A stretch of DNA of 64,000 nt from Asterias rubens. Lineage: Eukaryota. The stretch spans positions 16,678,001 through 16,742,000 of the forward strand of contig NC_047063.1 in the NCBI RefSeq assembly GCF_902459465.1, given 5' to 3'. This document shows, piece after piece, positions 1 to 30,595 of this stretch. The notes under the pieces were generated by a model. The model searched no databases. It had not been told where the DNA came from and was given only the letters and a program-made list of their open reading frames with translations. A program made the translations under genes and the position numbers. Within the stretch, counting starts at the first letter, position 1, and every line of letters begins with the position of its first letter.

Positions 1-194
1 TTATTTTGTGGATCTTATTTATGACCTTTTCATGATTACTTTCTGTGGAAATGTTGTAGTTTGTCTTATTGTAAAGCGCCCGGGAGCATTTTCAAATGGT
101 TTTGGCGCTTTATAAATATGTTTACTATTATTATATTATTTTTATTAGACACGACTAGATTTTGTGTTTGCACTATTCTTTGACTTATTTTCAG

Positions 195-18952
<18,758 letters not shown>

Positions 18953-19167
18953 AGGAAAAGTAGAAATTCAGAACCTTCAGAAAAGTATACTTTATGAAAA
19001 CGCAGTTTGGCATGCATGCGGCATGCTTCCTAAATAAATAAAAAAACATATTTTTGGGGTCAGATTTCCTGGGTCAATGACATCAAGTCTGGTGTAACTA
19101 GATATACTTATAATTCAGTTCAGACAGTTTCAATCTATTGGACAACATAGAAAGAAAAAGAGTTTAT

Positions 19168-19990
19168 GGTAATTACTCAAAATAATTATTATTATAAAAC
19201 CTTACTTGGTAACGAGTAATGGGGAGAGATTGATGGTATAATAATAACAATAATAAGACTTGTAATGCGCACATATCCACCCTGCTGGGTGTTCAAGGCG
19301 CAGTAAAACCAAAACACAAAAACAAAAACAAAACACAACACAAAGAAAAACAGACAAAACAAAATAAGTCATTGAAAACCTGTGACATAAGATAAGTTTT
19401 GAGAAGAGACTTGAATTTTGCGGTACAAACACAAGATCGAAGATTAAGTGGTAGAGAGTTCCAGATGCGTGGCGCGGCTGAAGAAAAAGACCTGTCACCC
19501 CATGAGTGTCGAGACTTGGGTTCAATGAGGAGAAGCATGGAACTTGATCGAAGATTCCTTGATGGAGTGTAAACTTGAAGCAGTTCAGAAATATAGTGGG
19601 GAGCCTTGCCATTTAGAGCTTTGTGGACAATGAGCATCAGGGTTGAAGATGATTCGTTGAGAGATAGGGAGCCAGTGTAGTTGTTTCAGAATGGGGGTGA
19701 TAGAACAGGATTTTCTAGACAGTGTCACAATGGTATAAAACATTGTGAGAAACGGCTCCCTGTGAAGTGCCATAGTTTTCGAGAAAGAAGTAATTTTCCA
19801 CGAAAATCAACCATCTAAAGGCACACAACTTCATGTGACAAGGGTGTTTTTGTTTCATTATTATCTCGCAAGTTCGATGACTGATTGAGCCCAAATTTTC
19901 ACAGGTTTGTTATTGTATACATATATGTTGAGATACACCATCTGTGAAGGCTAGTCTTTGACAATTACCAATAGTGTCCACTGCCTTTAA
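19168..19990. mobile_element. Kolobok-like MITE split by a LINE insertion
   Basis: The left part (19168-19241) and right part (19730-19990, intact right TIR) are contiguous in the family sequence. Confidence 0.8.
19242..19729 (-). mobile_element. 5'-truncated CR1/L2-clade LINE 3' fragment
   Basis: Frameshifted ORF2 C-terminus (SITPILKQLHWLPISQRI / KALNGKAPHYISELL...GDRSFSSAAPRIWNSLP..LR...FKSLLKTYL), a (TAT)n tail and a flanking duplication ATGGTATAA (19233-19241 / 19730-19738). Confidence 0.85.
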
Positions 19991-20848
19991 GGTTTTGTTT
20001 CATTTCAGACACCGAAACCTATATAGGCAAACTAGGACCTGATGGATGCCAATTACCCAGACAGTATTGTGTTTTGTACATGTATAATTCAGTTCAAAGA
20101 GTTTCAACCTATCTGACAACTGATTAATCCTTGTAGAAAAAAAAGCAGTTTGTTCACGTTTTGTTTCATTCTTACGAGACACCGAATCCTATAGGCAAGC
20201 TAGAGGTTGATGAAAGCGAATAACCCAGGCATATAATTGTAGTGTACATTGTAATTCAATAAAGACCAATTATGTAGAAAATACAGGCTTGATAAAGGTT
20301 TTATTAAAGTATGGGAGTGTGCCGGTGCTATGTATTACCCTATTATTACGAAACGTCCTTCGCAAAAACACTTAAGCATTTCCTATAAATGGGTCGCTGA
20401 AGTGAATTATGAAGTGTACGAAGCTACGACAACAATCGTGTCTTACATTTCAAGCCCCTGTCTCTAGGCTCTAAAAGGCTCTAGACTTATTGCATTACCT
20501 ATTAGAGCCCCCAAAAGGTATTCACGTTTTAATGCACATGGTTGGCCTTTCCGTATGGAATTATACAGAAAAAACACAGTCGACTGTGTTTTTTTATTTC
20601 ACTACAACGGAGCGATGGTGTAGTGAGTGCTACATGTTGGTTGGCACTTCTTGTGATTTAGTGTTTGTACAAACAGCCAAAAACTTTACCAAACTGAATG
20701 ATGAGTTTAAAGGAAACATACAATTTTAATTCTCAGGTTTTACTACAGCCATATCCATCCACTTGATTTATGAAGGTCGTTATATTGGAGAGGATTTTTC
20801 AATTTTTTACGGAAATTTACATTCAGCTGATGGGATCGTGTGGCTAAG

Positions 20849-22051
20849 ATGGACGTTACCATGGAAAACACATCATATTGCATGTCCACCAAGTATGCAC
20901 TTGAGAAATTCTCCGGCGATACTAGCTCAACACACGTATTCAGAATTGTTGTTTATGGTGTCATGTTCTTCTTTGGAGTAACTGGAAATGTCCTCATCGT
21001 TTGTGTGTACCGCACCAAGACACTTAAGACCAGCACCCATGTCTTCATCATGGCGTTGGCTGCAGCGGATTTAGCGGTGTGTCTAATGCATATCTTCAAT
21101 GTGCTGGTTGTGCTTGTGACCAATAATTACAAGACGCGCGTTCCGTACGTTTTGGAGTTTATCATGACTTTGAAAGAAGCGATCATAGTCACCTCGGTGT
21201 TCATTACCGCACTCATCGCAGCGGACCGGTACGACTGCATCTGCCGTCATCGTAAGCGATTCTTCACCACCAAGAGAGCTAAGGCCACGCTAGTGGTGTC
21301 TTTAGTAGTCTCAATCATCATCTCGATCCCTAGCTTCGTCGCTGTGCCTTATTATATCCAACTGCTTTCTCAAACTGTTGGTTTTGCCATTGCACTTCTG
21401 GTGATAACCGTGTGTTACACGAAAGTTTACACCGCTATCAGAAGACACGTTAGAGTTGGCCGTGCACCTTCCATGCAAGTTGAATTCATCAATAGGACTT
21501 CAATTCACACAGGCAGACCACCAAATAATGGACTTGGTAAGGAAATTAACTCGGCTATTGTGCCATGTTCTAGCAAAACTAAAGACATCCACACGTTCAA
21601 CAGTCATGTACGGATACCGAGCATATCAGAGACGTCATCACAACCGATGAAACAGAGTGGAGGAGATTTGAATGTGGGCTTCTTGCGAACGACTTCACCA
21701 ATAAGGGAACACCAGGCTGATATAACGACCCCACCTGATGTTGCAATTATACGAAAATTTCCGACAAATGAACAAAATCCCAATCTGCAACGCAAGACAA
21801 CGAGAATGCTTTTCATTACCAGCGTGTTGTTCCTGTTGACATGGCTGCCATACTGGATCCTCATCTTACTCACCAGTTTGCTATCCCTCGGTGTATGTCT
21901 AAACATTGATCCGAATTATTTCACACTGCTACGATCTATGCACGTACTCTTGTACATCAACAATGCGCTTAACCCTTTAGTTTACGGACTTGCGAATAGA
22001 CGATTCAGGAAAGATTGTAAAGAAGTGTTGAGAAAAATGAGTCTTTGTTAG
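20849..22051 (+). CDS. Intronless rhodopsin-like (class A) GPCR, 400 aa, orphan
   Basis: Single ORF with first ATG at 20849 and seven hydrophobic segments. Motifs: TM1 GNVLI, TM2 ALAAADL, TM3 AADRY, TM6 FLLTWLPY, TM7 NNALNPLVY, helix 8 RRFRKD. ICL3 is long and polar. Confidence 0.93.
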   Translation: MDVTMENTSYCMSTKYALEKFSGDTSSTHVFRIVVYGVMFFFGVTGNVLIVCVYRTKTLKTSTHVFIMALAAADLAVCLMHIFNVLVVLVTNNYKTRVPYVLEFIMTLKEAIIVTSVFITALIAADRYDCICRHRKRFFTTKRAKATLVVSLVVSIIISIPSFVAVPYYIQLLSQTVGFAIALLVITVCYTKVYTAIRRHVRVGRAPSMQVEFINRTSIHTGRPPNNGLGKEINSAIVPCSSKTKDIHTFNSHVRIPSISETSSQPMKQSGGDLNVGFLRTTSPIREHQADITTPPDVAIIRKFPTNEQNPNLQRKTTRMLFITSVLFLLTWLPYWILILLTSLLSLGVCLNIDPNYFTLLRSMHVLLYINNALNPLVYGLANRRFRKDCKEVLRKMSLC

Positions 22052-22285
22052 TTTATAGTAGTGTCGCTATCACTACGACTCGGAGCCCATGCAATAAGTG
22101 TGAGGTAAGGTCAAACATAAGGAGAAAGAATCAGTAATTCGTTCTGCCTAAAATACACTTCTTTGAAAGGATGGAGCGTCAAATCGAAAACATTTTGTCC
22201 CAATGTATTAGATAGAATTTCGAGGAAATGAAGCAATATTTCGACGAGCGAACGAAATAATGATTTTTACTGGCCCTATGACCAT

Positions 22286-22815
22286 GGCCCAATTTCATAA
22301 AGCTGCTAAGCAAAAACAATTGTTAAGCATGAAATTTCTTCCTTGGTAATAACAGGATTACCAACCAAGTTTCCATTTGTTGCATATTGCTTTTTTACTG
22401 GTATTCAGCTGTTGTTTGCTTGTCCTGAAAATCATGTGGACATTTAGTTGGCATTGCTGTTTTTATGAAGGGAAAAACTTCATGCTAAGCATTTTTTGTG
22501 CTTAGCAGCGCTATAAATAAGCGCTATGAAATTGGGCCCAGGGTCCGATTTCATAGCGCTGCTTAGCGGCCGATTTTGTGCTTATTTAGCAATTTCTACT
22601 TCAAAGCGCTGCATACCGTAAGCACACGAAAAGGTTACAACCTTCCGGGCTTATAACCGCACGAAAATAAATGACGTCACAATGCAAATCCACGGTAAAC
22701 ACGCAATATGGCCGCCCAATTTTTCTGCTAACATGTGAAATACGCTAAGGCTTAGGCAAATTTGTCTGCTACCACGCAAGTTTGCTTACCGTTAAGCAGC
22801 GCTCTGAAGCGCTTT
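22286..22815. mobile_element. Two abutting GGGCCC/GGGTCC-ATTTCAT MITEs downstream of the GPCR
   Basis: 22286-22539 has both TIRs. A related element starts immediately at 22541. Confidence 0.7.
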
Positions 22816-24825
22816 AAAACTACATAAACATTCATAAACCAATCGAGCGACAGGGATGGGGTATAACATATCCAGACCATGAAGATCTTAAGTAGACTGG
22901 TACCCTTTGGTCACGTTCAATTAGACTGGTGAGGCTCGCGACGATAAAGACATCAATGGGCTTCTGGGCACCCTGAGCCGTCAGCTGATGGGAAATTAAC
23001 GTGTGGGCAATGTTGTGTCATTTTTGCTCTTGACAGATCACTTTTGTCCACTATATTTTAAAACAACAATTTTATCAAAAGGACAATTAAAAGAAAAAAT
23101 TGAAAATCTTTTAAAACGAACAAATCCTGTCAAAAATCCTGTCGCTTTGGGCGATGGGTACTTTTATGACACTGGACAGCGCATCTGCAATGCAGTTGAG
23201 GTATGAAACTCTTGCCAGCTTCTTTTTTGACAGAAAAACCCATAAAACATAAAATAAAACGATACAGTCAACAACTGGATGACGCGTTATTCCAGATCAT
23301 GGCTATCATTCGTGTAAATCGTTGTTAAATTCCCCCTTCACAGTTGACTTGTAAAAGGTTCCATAAATTACAGGTAGCCATTACGCACTTTTTTTTCCCT
23401 AGCAACGTTTTACTTGAAATAATCTCGTTTTTCAACAGGACGATTGTACTTGAATACGAAAGCCATGAGTTCCTTTTGAAATTTTGATCTACGATTCCAG
23501 TAAACTGCCAAAAGAAAAAAAAATCGACCACGACGGAGTTTAAGCAATGTGCAGATTGGCACTCTGCAGTGGTCACGTTAAATGATGACATAAAGAACCT
23601 ACACGTTGTATTTCTCTATAAAATGCACGGCAAACAATCCAGACTATGAAATATTTGGATCATCGACATACTTTACAAGAAAGACATGATATCGATAACA
23701 TCAGGCACTGTGTGGTAGATCGGAACACGTCATCCAGACCACCAACCAACCCCGGAAAGTTATGAAAGGCATTTTGTTGTTGTCATTTAAGGCACATGTT
23801 GGTAAAACAAAAAAATAATAATAATAAATAAATCCAGTACTTTCTGCAATAGTTTTCCAAACTATAGGTGAATGTTTTGGCATGCGAAAGAACGTGACAT
23901 TTTGTATTACTGGGCCAACATTGGGGCCAGAACCCTTTGGAATATTCTATTGTAAATTTGTCCGATTGATGTATTCACTAAATATCGCAATTCTCGCCAG
24001 CTCTTGGGTCCAGTGTCCAATAATAGTTCTTTGCATACAAGTTTGATACTCTTATGTTAAACAAAAAAATACGTTTTTCTTACACTTTGTAATTAATATA
24101 TACGGGCTAAAAACTTCGGACAAGACGGACATTTTTTTTTCCACAATAATACCCATCACCACTTCTACTCACTTGGAAAAAATCCAAGTGGACATTATTT
24201 TTAGGAAGACTACAAATTAAGAAAAAAGGACGTTCAGCCCTGGTCAACAAAATGTATCATGGTAAACACTGCACGCCCGTCCCCGCCTTTCCCCGATACA
24301 AACTTGTTTTACCCGCATTTAGTATATATATACATTTTTTGGTACAAATGCCCCAGTAGTTGTGTTAATCGGGAAAAAATGTTAAGGAAAGAAAATAATG
24401 CTTAAGCCATGAGAAATTATTCCCAAGTTTGAGAAATAATTCCCCACTATAGGATTCTTTAAGGAGTTATCGAAAAACTTATGTGGGTAACAAAGCAGCC
24501 TATAAACATGTTTAATAAATGATACAGGTACTCTTACTATAAAAGAGTGACCATTCCACTCTCTTGTCTCTGAAGTGCTGTCAGATTTGCTCTTTTGTGG
24601 GTGAAAGTCAATCTGTGTCACTCTTTTTGAGTGAAGTTGTAACGAACTTCTCTCTGAGTTGAGTTGAAAGTACCCGTCTGCCAAATTGCCGTACTATTAT
24701 GGTCCTTTGTAAAAGAGTGGTGAGCTGACAAAAACTTGTGTTTTGACTCGATGACATTGAGAGAGGAAGTCGAGTCTCGATAGTTCTAGATCGAGACTAT
24801 GGATGTACGGAGGGGTGGGGACACA

Positions 24826-25068
24826 CACTCTAAAAACTCCCGGGTCAGAATTGACCCGGATTTTGGTCCCAGGGAGCCAGATCCATTTCTGGGTCAGTTT
24901 GACCCGGAATCTGTGTCATTGTGTCCCGAAATCTGAGTCAAAATCCCCGCTTTTAACAAAATTTCTGGTCACAATGACACATATTCAGGGTCAAATTGAC
25001 ACGGATTCCGGATCAAACATTATGGGACCCAAATCGGGGTCAATTCTGAGACGGGAGTTTTTAGAGTG
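24826..25068. mobile_element. CACTCTAAAAA-type MITE with internal GACCC/GGGTC repeats
   Basis: TIR CACTCTAAAAACTCCC / GGGAGTTTTTAGAGTG. Relatives occur at 6404-6451 (48-bp minimal copy) and 6747-6975. Confidence 0.75.
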
Positions 25069-26394
25069 CACGTGAATACATCACTGATACAGTGGATGAA
25101 TAGCATAACATGCTACATAAAATCACAGAGCTAGGACCCTATGATAAACATACATATGGTTTTGAATAGATACCTTAACCCACGCCCCAACCCCAAATTA
25201 CCTAATAAATAGATAGCATGTGAACCAATTTCATCTTTAACATAAACATTTGACTTTTATTTGACTGTGTGAGGATCCACGAGAGTTTTTAGCCGGAAAT
25301 CTCCCCATATCCCAAGCGAATAAAACACCAAATGTGTGTCTTATCCTTCAGTCCACATAGTAGTCAAAATAAACCTTACCACATATTAATGTGAAATAAC
25401 AAATAACAACAACTAATATTAGTTATTTTTTTTCAACGAAACAAAGTGACCAGTAATTCCATCACATTAATTTTCAACTACTATTGATTTTTCTTTCGTC
25501 ATGCCTTTTTTTATCAGATAAATTACGAATGTAGACTTACATCTGCGTGTTTCTTTTTAGAACCAGGTTTCTCTTCTTGCGTTTGGTACTTGTTGATTCG
25601 CCAGTTAGAGAATTTCATATGCGTTATACAGTATCTTTGCCATATTCATGCATACTGAATAATGCATTCAGATAAGTGGATCCGGTGGTGGGCGTACGAG
25701 CTTTTGTGAGTCGAGACATCCGGGCATTTCGAATAGCAGCCACATCGTGCGTTGAGGCAAATGTTGTTGAAAGGAGCATGTATTGTGATAATTTACCATA
25801 CGTTGAATGGTTTGAAGAGGACAAAAATTAACAAGCTTATTAGAAAATGCAGTGCAAAATACCGGGTATTAATAATGATGTTGTTACATTGTAGACTATA
25901 GCCTGAGGTATAAACGAGAATATAAAACTTATCAATAGCCCCTTTTCGTGTATTCTGTTTGTCTAGTCTGTCTTGTGTTTTCTTTCTTCTGTATATTATT
26001 TTATGTTGTTTGTCTGTCCATAGGTTAATGCACAAAAGCCTCTGCTTCACCCTAACCTAAATCATTGTAAACTTTCAGATCCTAAGATACTAAGTAATAC
26101 TGTAAACTACTCATAATTTGAATATAATTATAAAACTTTGTAAAATGTGTAAGTGTACGTGTAGGGCAGCAATGAAATAAATGTTTGCAAAAATAAAACA
26201 TAAAATAAATAAAAAAATACAATTGAGTTAAATTAGGAAAAAAGTACTTTTTTCTTTCCAGAATTAGTGTTTTATTTTATCACCATCATAATTTGTAGTT
26301 TTTGTGTTTAAAATTTTGTTCACAATTGAATGGTGTAAATTTAAACTGCAACGCTTAGCGTTTGACCACAAAGAAGATACAATAAAAGGCAATC

Positions 26395-26712
26395 GACATG
26401 ATTCTTCACGAGCGGATAAGAGCACCGGATTCAAGCTCTGGTGTTTGATCAGCGGAGTGTGGGTTCGAATCCCGGTTTTGACACTTGCTAAATAAAATTG
26501 GGGAGGTAGTGCTTTCTGCTCTACCGGCCAGGCTTCGGACTGATGATACCCAAGCCTACATCCGTATGGACTGTAAAGGGGGTAACCCTGTTTCAGCCCT
26601 AGGAGTAGGTGGCATAGACCTCTGGACAAAAATAATTGTAGCCCACACCTTGAAGTGGCCTTCAGGCCTTGTGTGTCTGGCGACTTGCATACAAAAAATA
26701 ATAATAATAAAA
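26395..26712 (+). mobile_element. tRNA-Leu(CAA)-derived SINE
   Basis: Anticodon arm CCGGA-TTCAAGC-TCTGG (26425-26441), long variable arm, B-box GGTTCGAATCC (26462-26472), non-tRNA body and an A/(AAT)-rich tail. The acceptor stem is broken. Confidence 0.7.
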
Positions 26713-26784
26713 AAATGCAAACTTTACTTTTACAACAGCATTACCTTTAAATGATTTGGGGCATTGCATAGGTTATGAATCAAT

Positions 26785-26901
26785 ATATATGTGGTTTGCG
26801 GTAACATCATGTGTGTATCTACTTGCCGGTAAGAACAAACTAAGAACAAACTCTACCTGGCAAGTAGATACACACATGGTGTTACCGCAAACCAAATATA
26901 T
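26785..26901. repeat. Foldback with 43-bp arms
   Basis: 26785-26827 matches the reverse complement of 26859-26901 at 41/43 positions; 31-nt loop. Confidence 0.9.
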
Positions 26902-27025
26902 AACATTACCTTTGATACTAAGTTATGCAAGTATTACTATGACTTGAGTCGCCAAAATATTACACCAGTTTTTTGTTTCAACCAATATAAATTTACAACA
27001 AGTCAACGATTGTACAGGTTTACAC

Positions 27026-27191
27026 ATATTGAGTGGCTCAGAGTGGAATTGGATGAATATTATCGCAAGGTAAAATTTGGGCTGTTCCATTTCACGAGGC
27101 GAAGCCGAGTGAAATTGGGTGAAATGGAACAGTCCAAACTTTACCGAGCGATAATATTCCTTCCATTCCACGAATTAAAGCCACTCAATAT
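27026..27191. repeat. Imperfect foldback centred on CGAGGCGAAGCCGAG
   Basis: Arms ATATTGAGTGGCT...GCTGTTCCATTTCAC / GTGAAATGGAACAGTCC...AGCCACTCAATAT. The same type of centre (CTCGACTTCGTCTC) sits in a hairpin at 36699-36752. Confidence 0.8.
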
Positions 27192-27374
27192 TTGTTTTAT
27201 ATAACTGAACTGACATATAGATCCTTGTCATTTGATGTATTTTTTAAAAGTATAACAGTATGAAAAATCACACAAACTACTGACAAACAAAAATCATATA
27301 GCAACAATGCACAAATCGGATCACAACCTTTTGTACAGGTGCTCCTTTGTTTTAGCAGCGGCGCGGCGGCGCCG

Positions 27375-28635
27375 CACCGTGTGCCAGGCCGAAACCAAAG
27401 TGCGCCAAAAAGGGTGAAACGTGACCCTGCTAATTTTAATTTTTTTCAACACTTTTGAGGTTGCTTATACCCCATGGGACCATTTTATGGGGAAATTAAG
27501 CAAAAAATATATATATTGACTTGTCATGACCTCTTAAAGGTATTCAAATCCACAGAAATTGGCCATAAAATGAAAATAGTTGCAGAAATCTTCATAAAGC
27601 AAAATTAGACACCTTGCATTGAGTTACGGAGCTAAACTTTCACTTGGCTCTAGTTTAGGGTTCATATTTGAAGGAAATTAAATCAGTTTTTATTTTTGTT
27701 GAAGTTTTCTATGAATAAATACTGACAATTGTGTCAACATTGACATGAAATTTACGTTTTCTGTGTTCAGCAATACGGAAACTAAAGATTGCCGTCGATT
27801 GCTGCCTAAAGTCTACTCATTTTTAATAGAGCAACTTGTTTGCATCATTTTGGTACAAAATTTAGCTGCGACAACCTGCGATACACGATTTTAGAGCAGT
27901 TTTTCTGAAGCGATCACTGTACGTTTTCGCCCCTTTTCTGATTATTACATATGGCGCGCTCTACTGAGAAACACGACACCCGAGCAAGGCTGCGCTCGCC
28001 GGAAAGGTGCAATTATGATACCCCTATTTATGTCTGATTGCGCAGTTGAAATTTCAATGTACTTGGTGTCTCATGTTGTGATGAGGGATACTGCCGCTAG
28101 TTGTCTTTACATGTATCTGTCAGCTGTACCACAGTGCACAATGGCGTCTTTACCAAGAAAGCGATTATTTGAAGTTGTTAGTTCTGTTGATGATGCATCA
28201 AACATTGCAAACTCTTGTCGTGGTTGCTTAGAATTATTCACAGATGTGTTTCATGTTCCGCAATGTGATATTCCGGAGGAGATTCGTCAGTCAGTGACAA
28301 AAAACATTCGGGATTTCATTTACAAATTGAGGAGGAAATGGGCAGAAAGCAGCCGAAACAAACAGAGTTTTGAACGTAAGAACACAGACTGGCTGAAAGG
28401 AGAATTGTGTTTTGACTGAAAAGCAATAATTAGTCACAATTTTACCGCGATAAACAGTCCATTACATCAGGACCAATCAAAAAACGGTATTTTGCTGACG
28501 TCATACTCCGATCTAATTATCACCAATGGATTTTACGGGTCGGAAAAGCTAAATATGTGAACCTTCCTGCACAAAACTTAATGATTTATATTTTTGGCGC
28601 ACTTTCATCCCATTCTGCACACCAGCCGGCTGGTG
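27375..28635 (+). mobile_element. Non-autonomous, internally deleted Transib-like (RAG1-related) DNA transposon
   Basis: Left end is CACCGTGTGCCAGGCCGAAACCAAAGTGCGCCAAAA (27375-27410), preceded by CGCCG. The inverted right end is TTTTGGCGCACTTT (28592-28605)...GCACAC[9-nt insert]GGTG (28617-28635). An internal ORF (28141-28419) ends in KLRRKWAESSRNKQSFERKNTDWLKGEL, which I recognise as the N-terminal KW..R..F...N..WL motif of Transib transposases. Confidence 0.6.
28141..28419 (+). pseudogene. Truncated N-terminal fragment (92 aa) of a Transib-like transposase
   Basis: ORF MASLPRKRLF...KWAESSRNKQSFERKNTDWLKGELCFD* lies inside the TIR-bounded element. No DDE core is present. Confidence 0.55.
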
Positions 28636-29092
28636 TGAAACATTTGGAACAAGGATGATCCTACTGTTGAATGGGAACTGCTTTTCCCCATGGGCGAATA
28701 GGTCTTTTTGATCGCCGGTGCGGATGGGAGTAATAGTGAATGTCACGTGAAGTAAGTTCCACCAATCAAGTGACAAGGATCTGTGTCAGTTATATAATAA
28801 CTGATATTTACATTTTTTCCAGTCCTATTTCACACTTTCCTACAACTTGAACCACCATCGACAGGCCGAACACAAATTATGCAAATGCGGTCTACAAGAC
28901 AAGTCAAACATCAACACCAGAGCCAAAGTTCACGGAGATGGCAGAACACAATTTTTGTTGCTGCAGAAATGAGCAGGGTACCCGTAACAAATTGTACATC
29001 TGGCTGTTACTTTGCCCGGTAACCATGTTGTCGTTACCGTAATTTTGTTATGCTTGGCTACTTAGCAGATCTATGAAATTGGGCACATGACC

Positions 29093-29474
29093 TTAAAGGC
29101 AGTGGACACTATTGGTAATTGTCAAGGACTAGCATTCACAGTTGGTGTATCTCATCATATGCATAAAATAACAAACCTGTGAAAATTTGAGCTCAATCGG
29201 TCATCGAACTTGCGAGATAACAATGAAAGAAAAAACACCCTTGTCACACGAAGTTGTATTCGTTTAGATGGTTGAGACTCAAGTTCTAAATCTGAGGTCT
29301 CGAAATCAAATTGGTGGAAAATTACTTCTTTCTCAAAAACTATGGCACTTTAGAGGGTGCCGGTTCTCACACTGTTTTATACCATCAACCTCTCCCCATT
29401 ACTCGTCACCAAGAAAGGTTATATTATGCTAATAATTATTTTGAGTAATTACCAATAGTGTCCACTGCCTTTAA
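29093..29474. mobile_element. Approximately 380-bp Kolobok-like MITE, full-length copy
   Basis: TTAA-AGGCAGTGGACACTATTGGTAATT ... AATTACCAATAGTGTCCACTGCCT-TTAA. TTAA flanks with 5'-AG termini fit Kolobok rather than piggyBac. Confidence 0.85.
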
Positions 29475-29726
29475 TTCACGGTACTGCTTAAACCGCAGAA
29501 TTCGGCGCTTCTTTACAGCGCTCTTTGAAGGTGTGATTCCCAGGGATGAAAGCACCGATTTCCACGGTAAGCAGAGCCAGCATTTGTTACACCATCCTAA
29601 ATAGCGTTACACCATTGAAACACCAATCTATTAACTGTGCAGACTAAAGCTAATGCTAAGCCCATTTACCCTACTTATTATCTTGTTTTGTGTTGTACTT
29701 TTTTTAAGTTATGAAGGTCGGTTGAG

Positions 29727-30551
29727 TTAAGGGGTTGTTTGGCGTCTTATCTTCATTTGACATCCTTTGAGGGAGATGTCACGTCTGTTTTTCCATGGTA
29801 CCCACTGCACTCCTTGGTATTCATTAACGCTTTCGGACTGACTGTACTTGCCATTCAGATTACTCTCGATGCTGTTACATTTGTTGTACCACCAGCCACC
29901 GTTGAATTTTGCAGCGCAGTTAGTTGAACCAGAGTCGTCGTTATCCTCGTCTTTCGTTGTGAATGCCCTCTGATGCCTCTCCAGGCCATCACCTTCGAAT
30001 TATAAAAGAAAGGACCAATGAATGAATGAATAGGAGGTAACTGCTGCTATTTAGTTAAGGGGCCGGTGTACGAAGCAAATCTGTCCACAGGAAATTATTG
30101 TGTCCCCCATAAGGGAAATAGGGAGCTTTCGGTTAGGGACGGTATGCACACAGGACGGAGGCATATAGCGGTGGTCCGGATGCTCTTGCTCGAATGATCC
30201 CGTCATGTTTGTTGTGGACCGGACGGTGATATAGACTTGACTGATCATCAGCCGCTGTATATACTCTCCTCCTCAGAAGAAGAATGAAAGAGAATCAATG
30301 TAAATTTTGTCTAAACTGAACGGCTTTTAGAATAATGGTTGTTGGTGCTGCTGCATGCTGCTGATGTTGTTGTTGCTGTTGCTGCCGCTATTTTCATTGT
30401 TGTTGTTGTAGTGCTGTTTTGGTTGCGGTTTCAATCGTCGTTGTCGTCGTCGTTGTTTTTGTTGATGTTGTTGCCGTTGCTGTTGTTGAAATTGATAGCT
30501 GCTGTTGTTTTTGCTGTTGCTGTTGTTGATGTAGCTTTTGTCGTCGTCGTT

Positions 30552-30595
<44 letters not shown>

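Noticed and set aside
25561-25830. GC-richer stretch with short ORFs between the GPCR and the SINE
   Set aside because: No recognisable motif in any frame and no convincing splice-site pair.
26395-26485. tRNA-Leu(CAA) gene
   Set aside because: The anticodon and T arms are recognisable, but the acceptor stem and D arm are disrupted and the sequence continues into a SINE body and A-rich tail.
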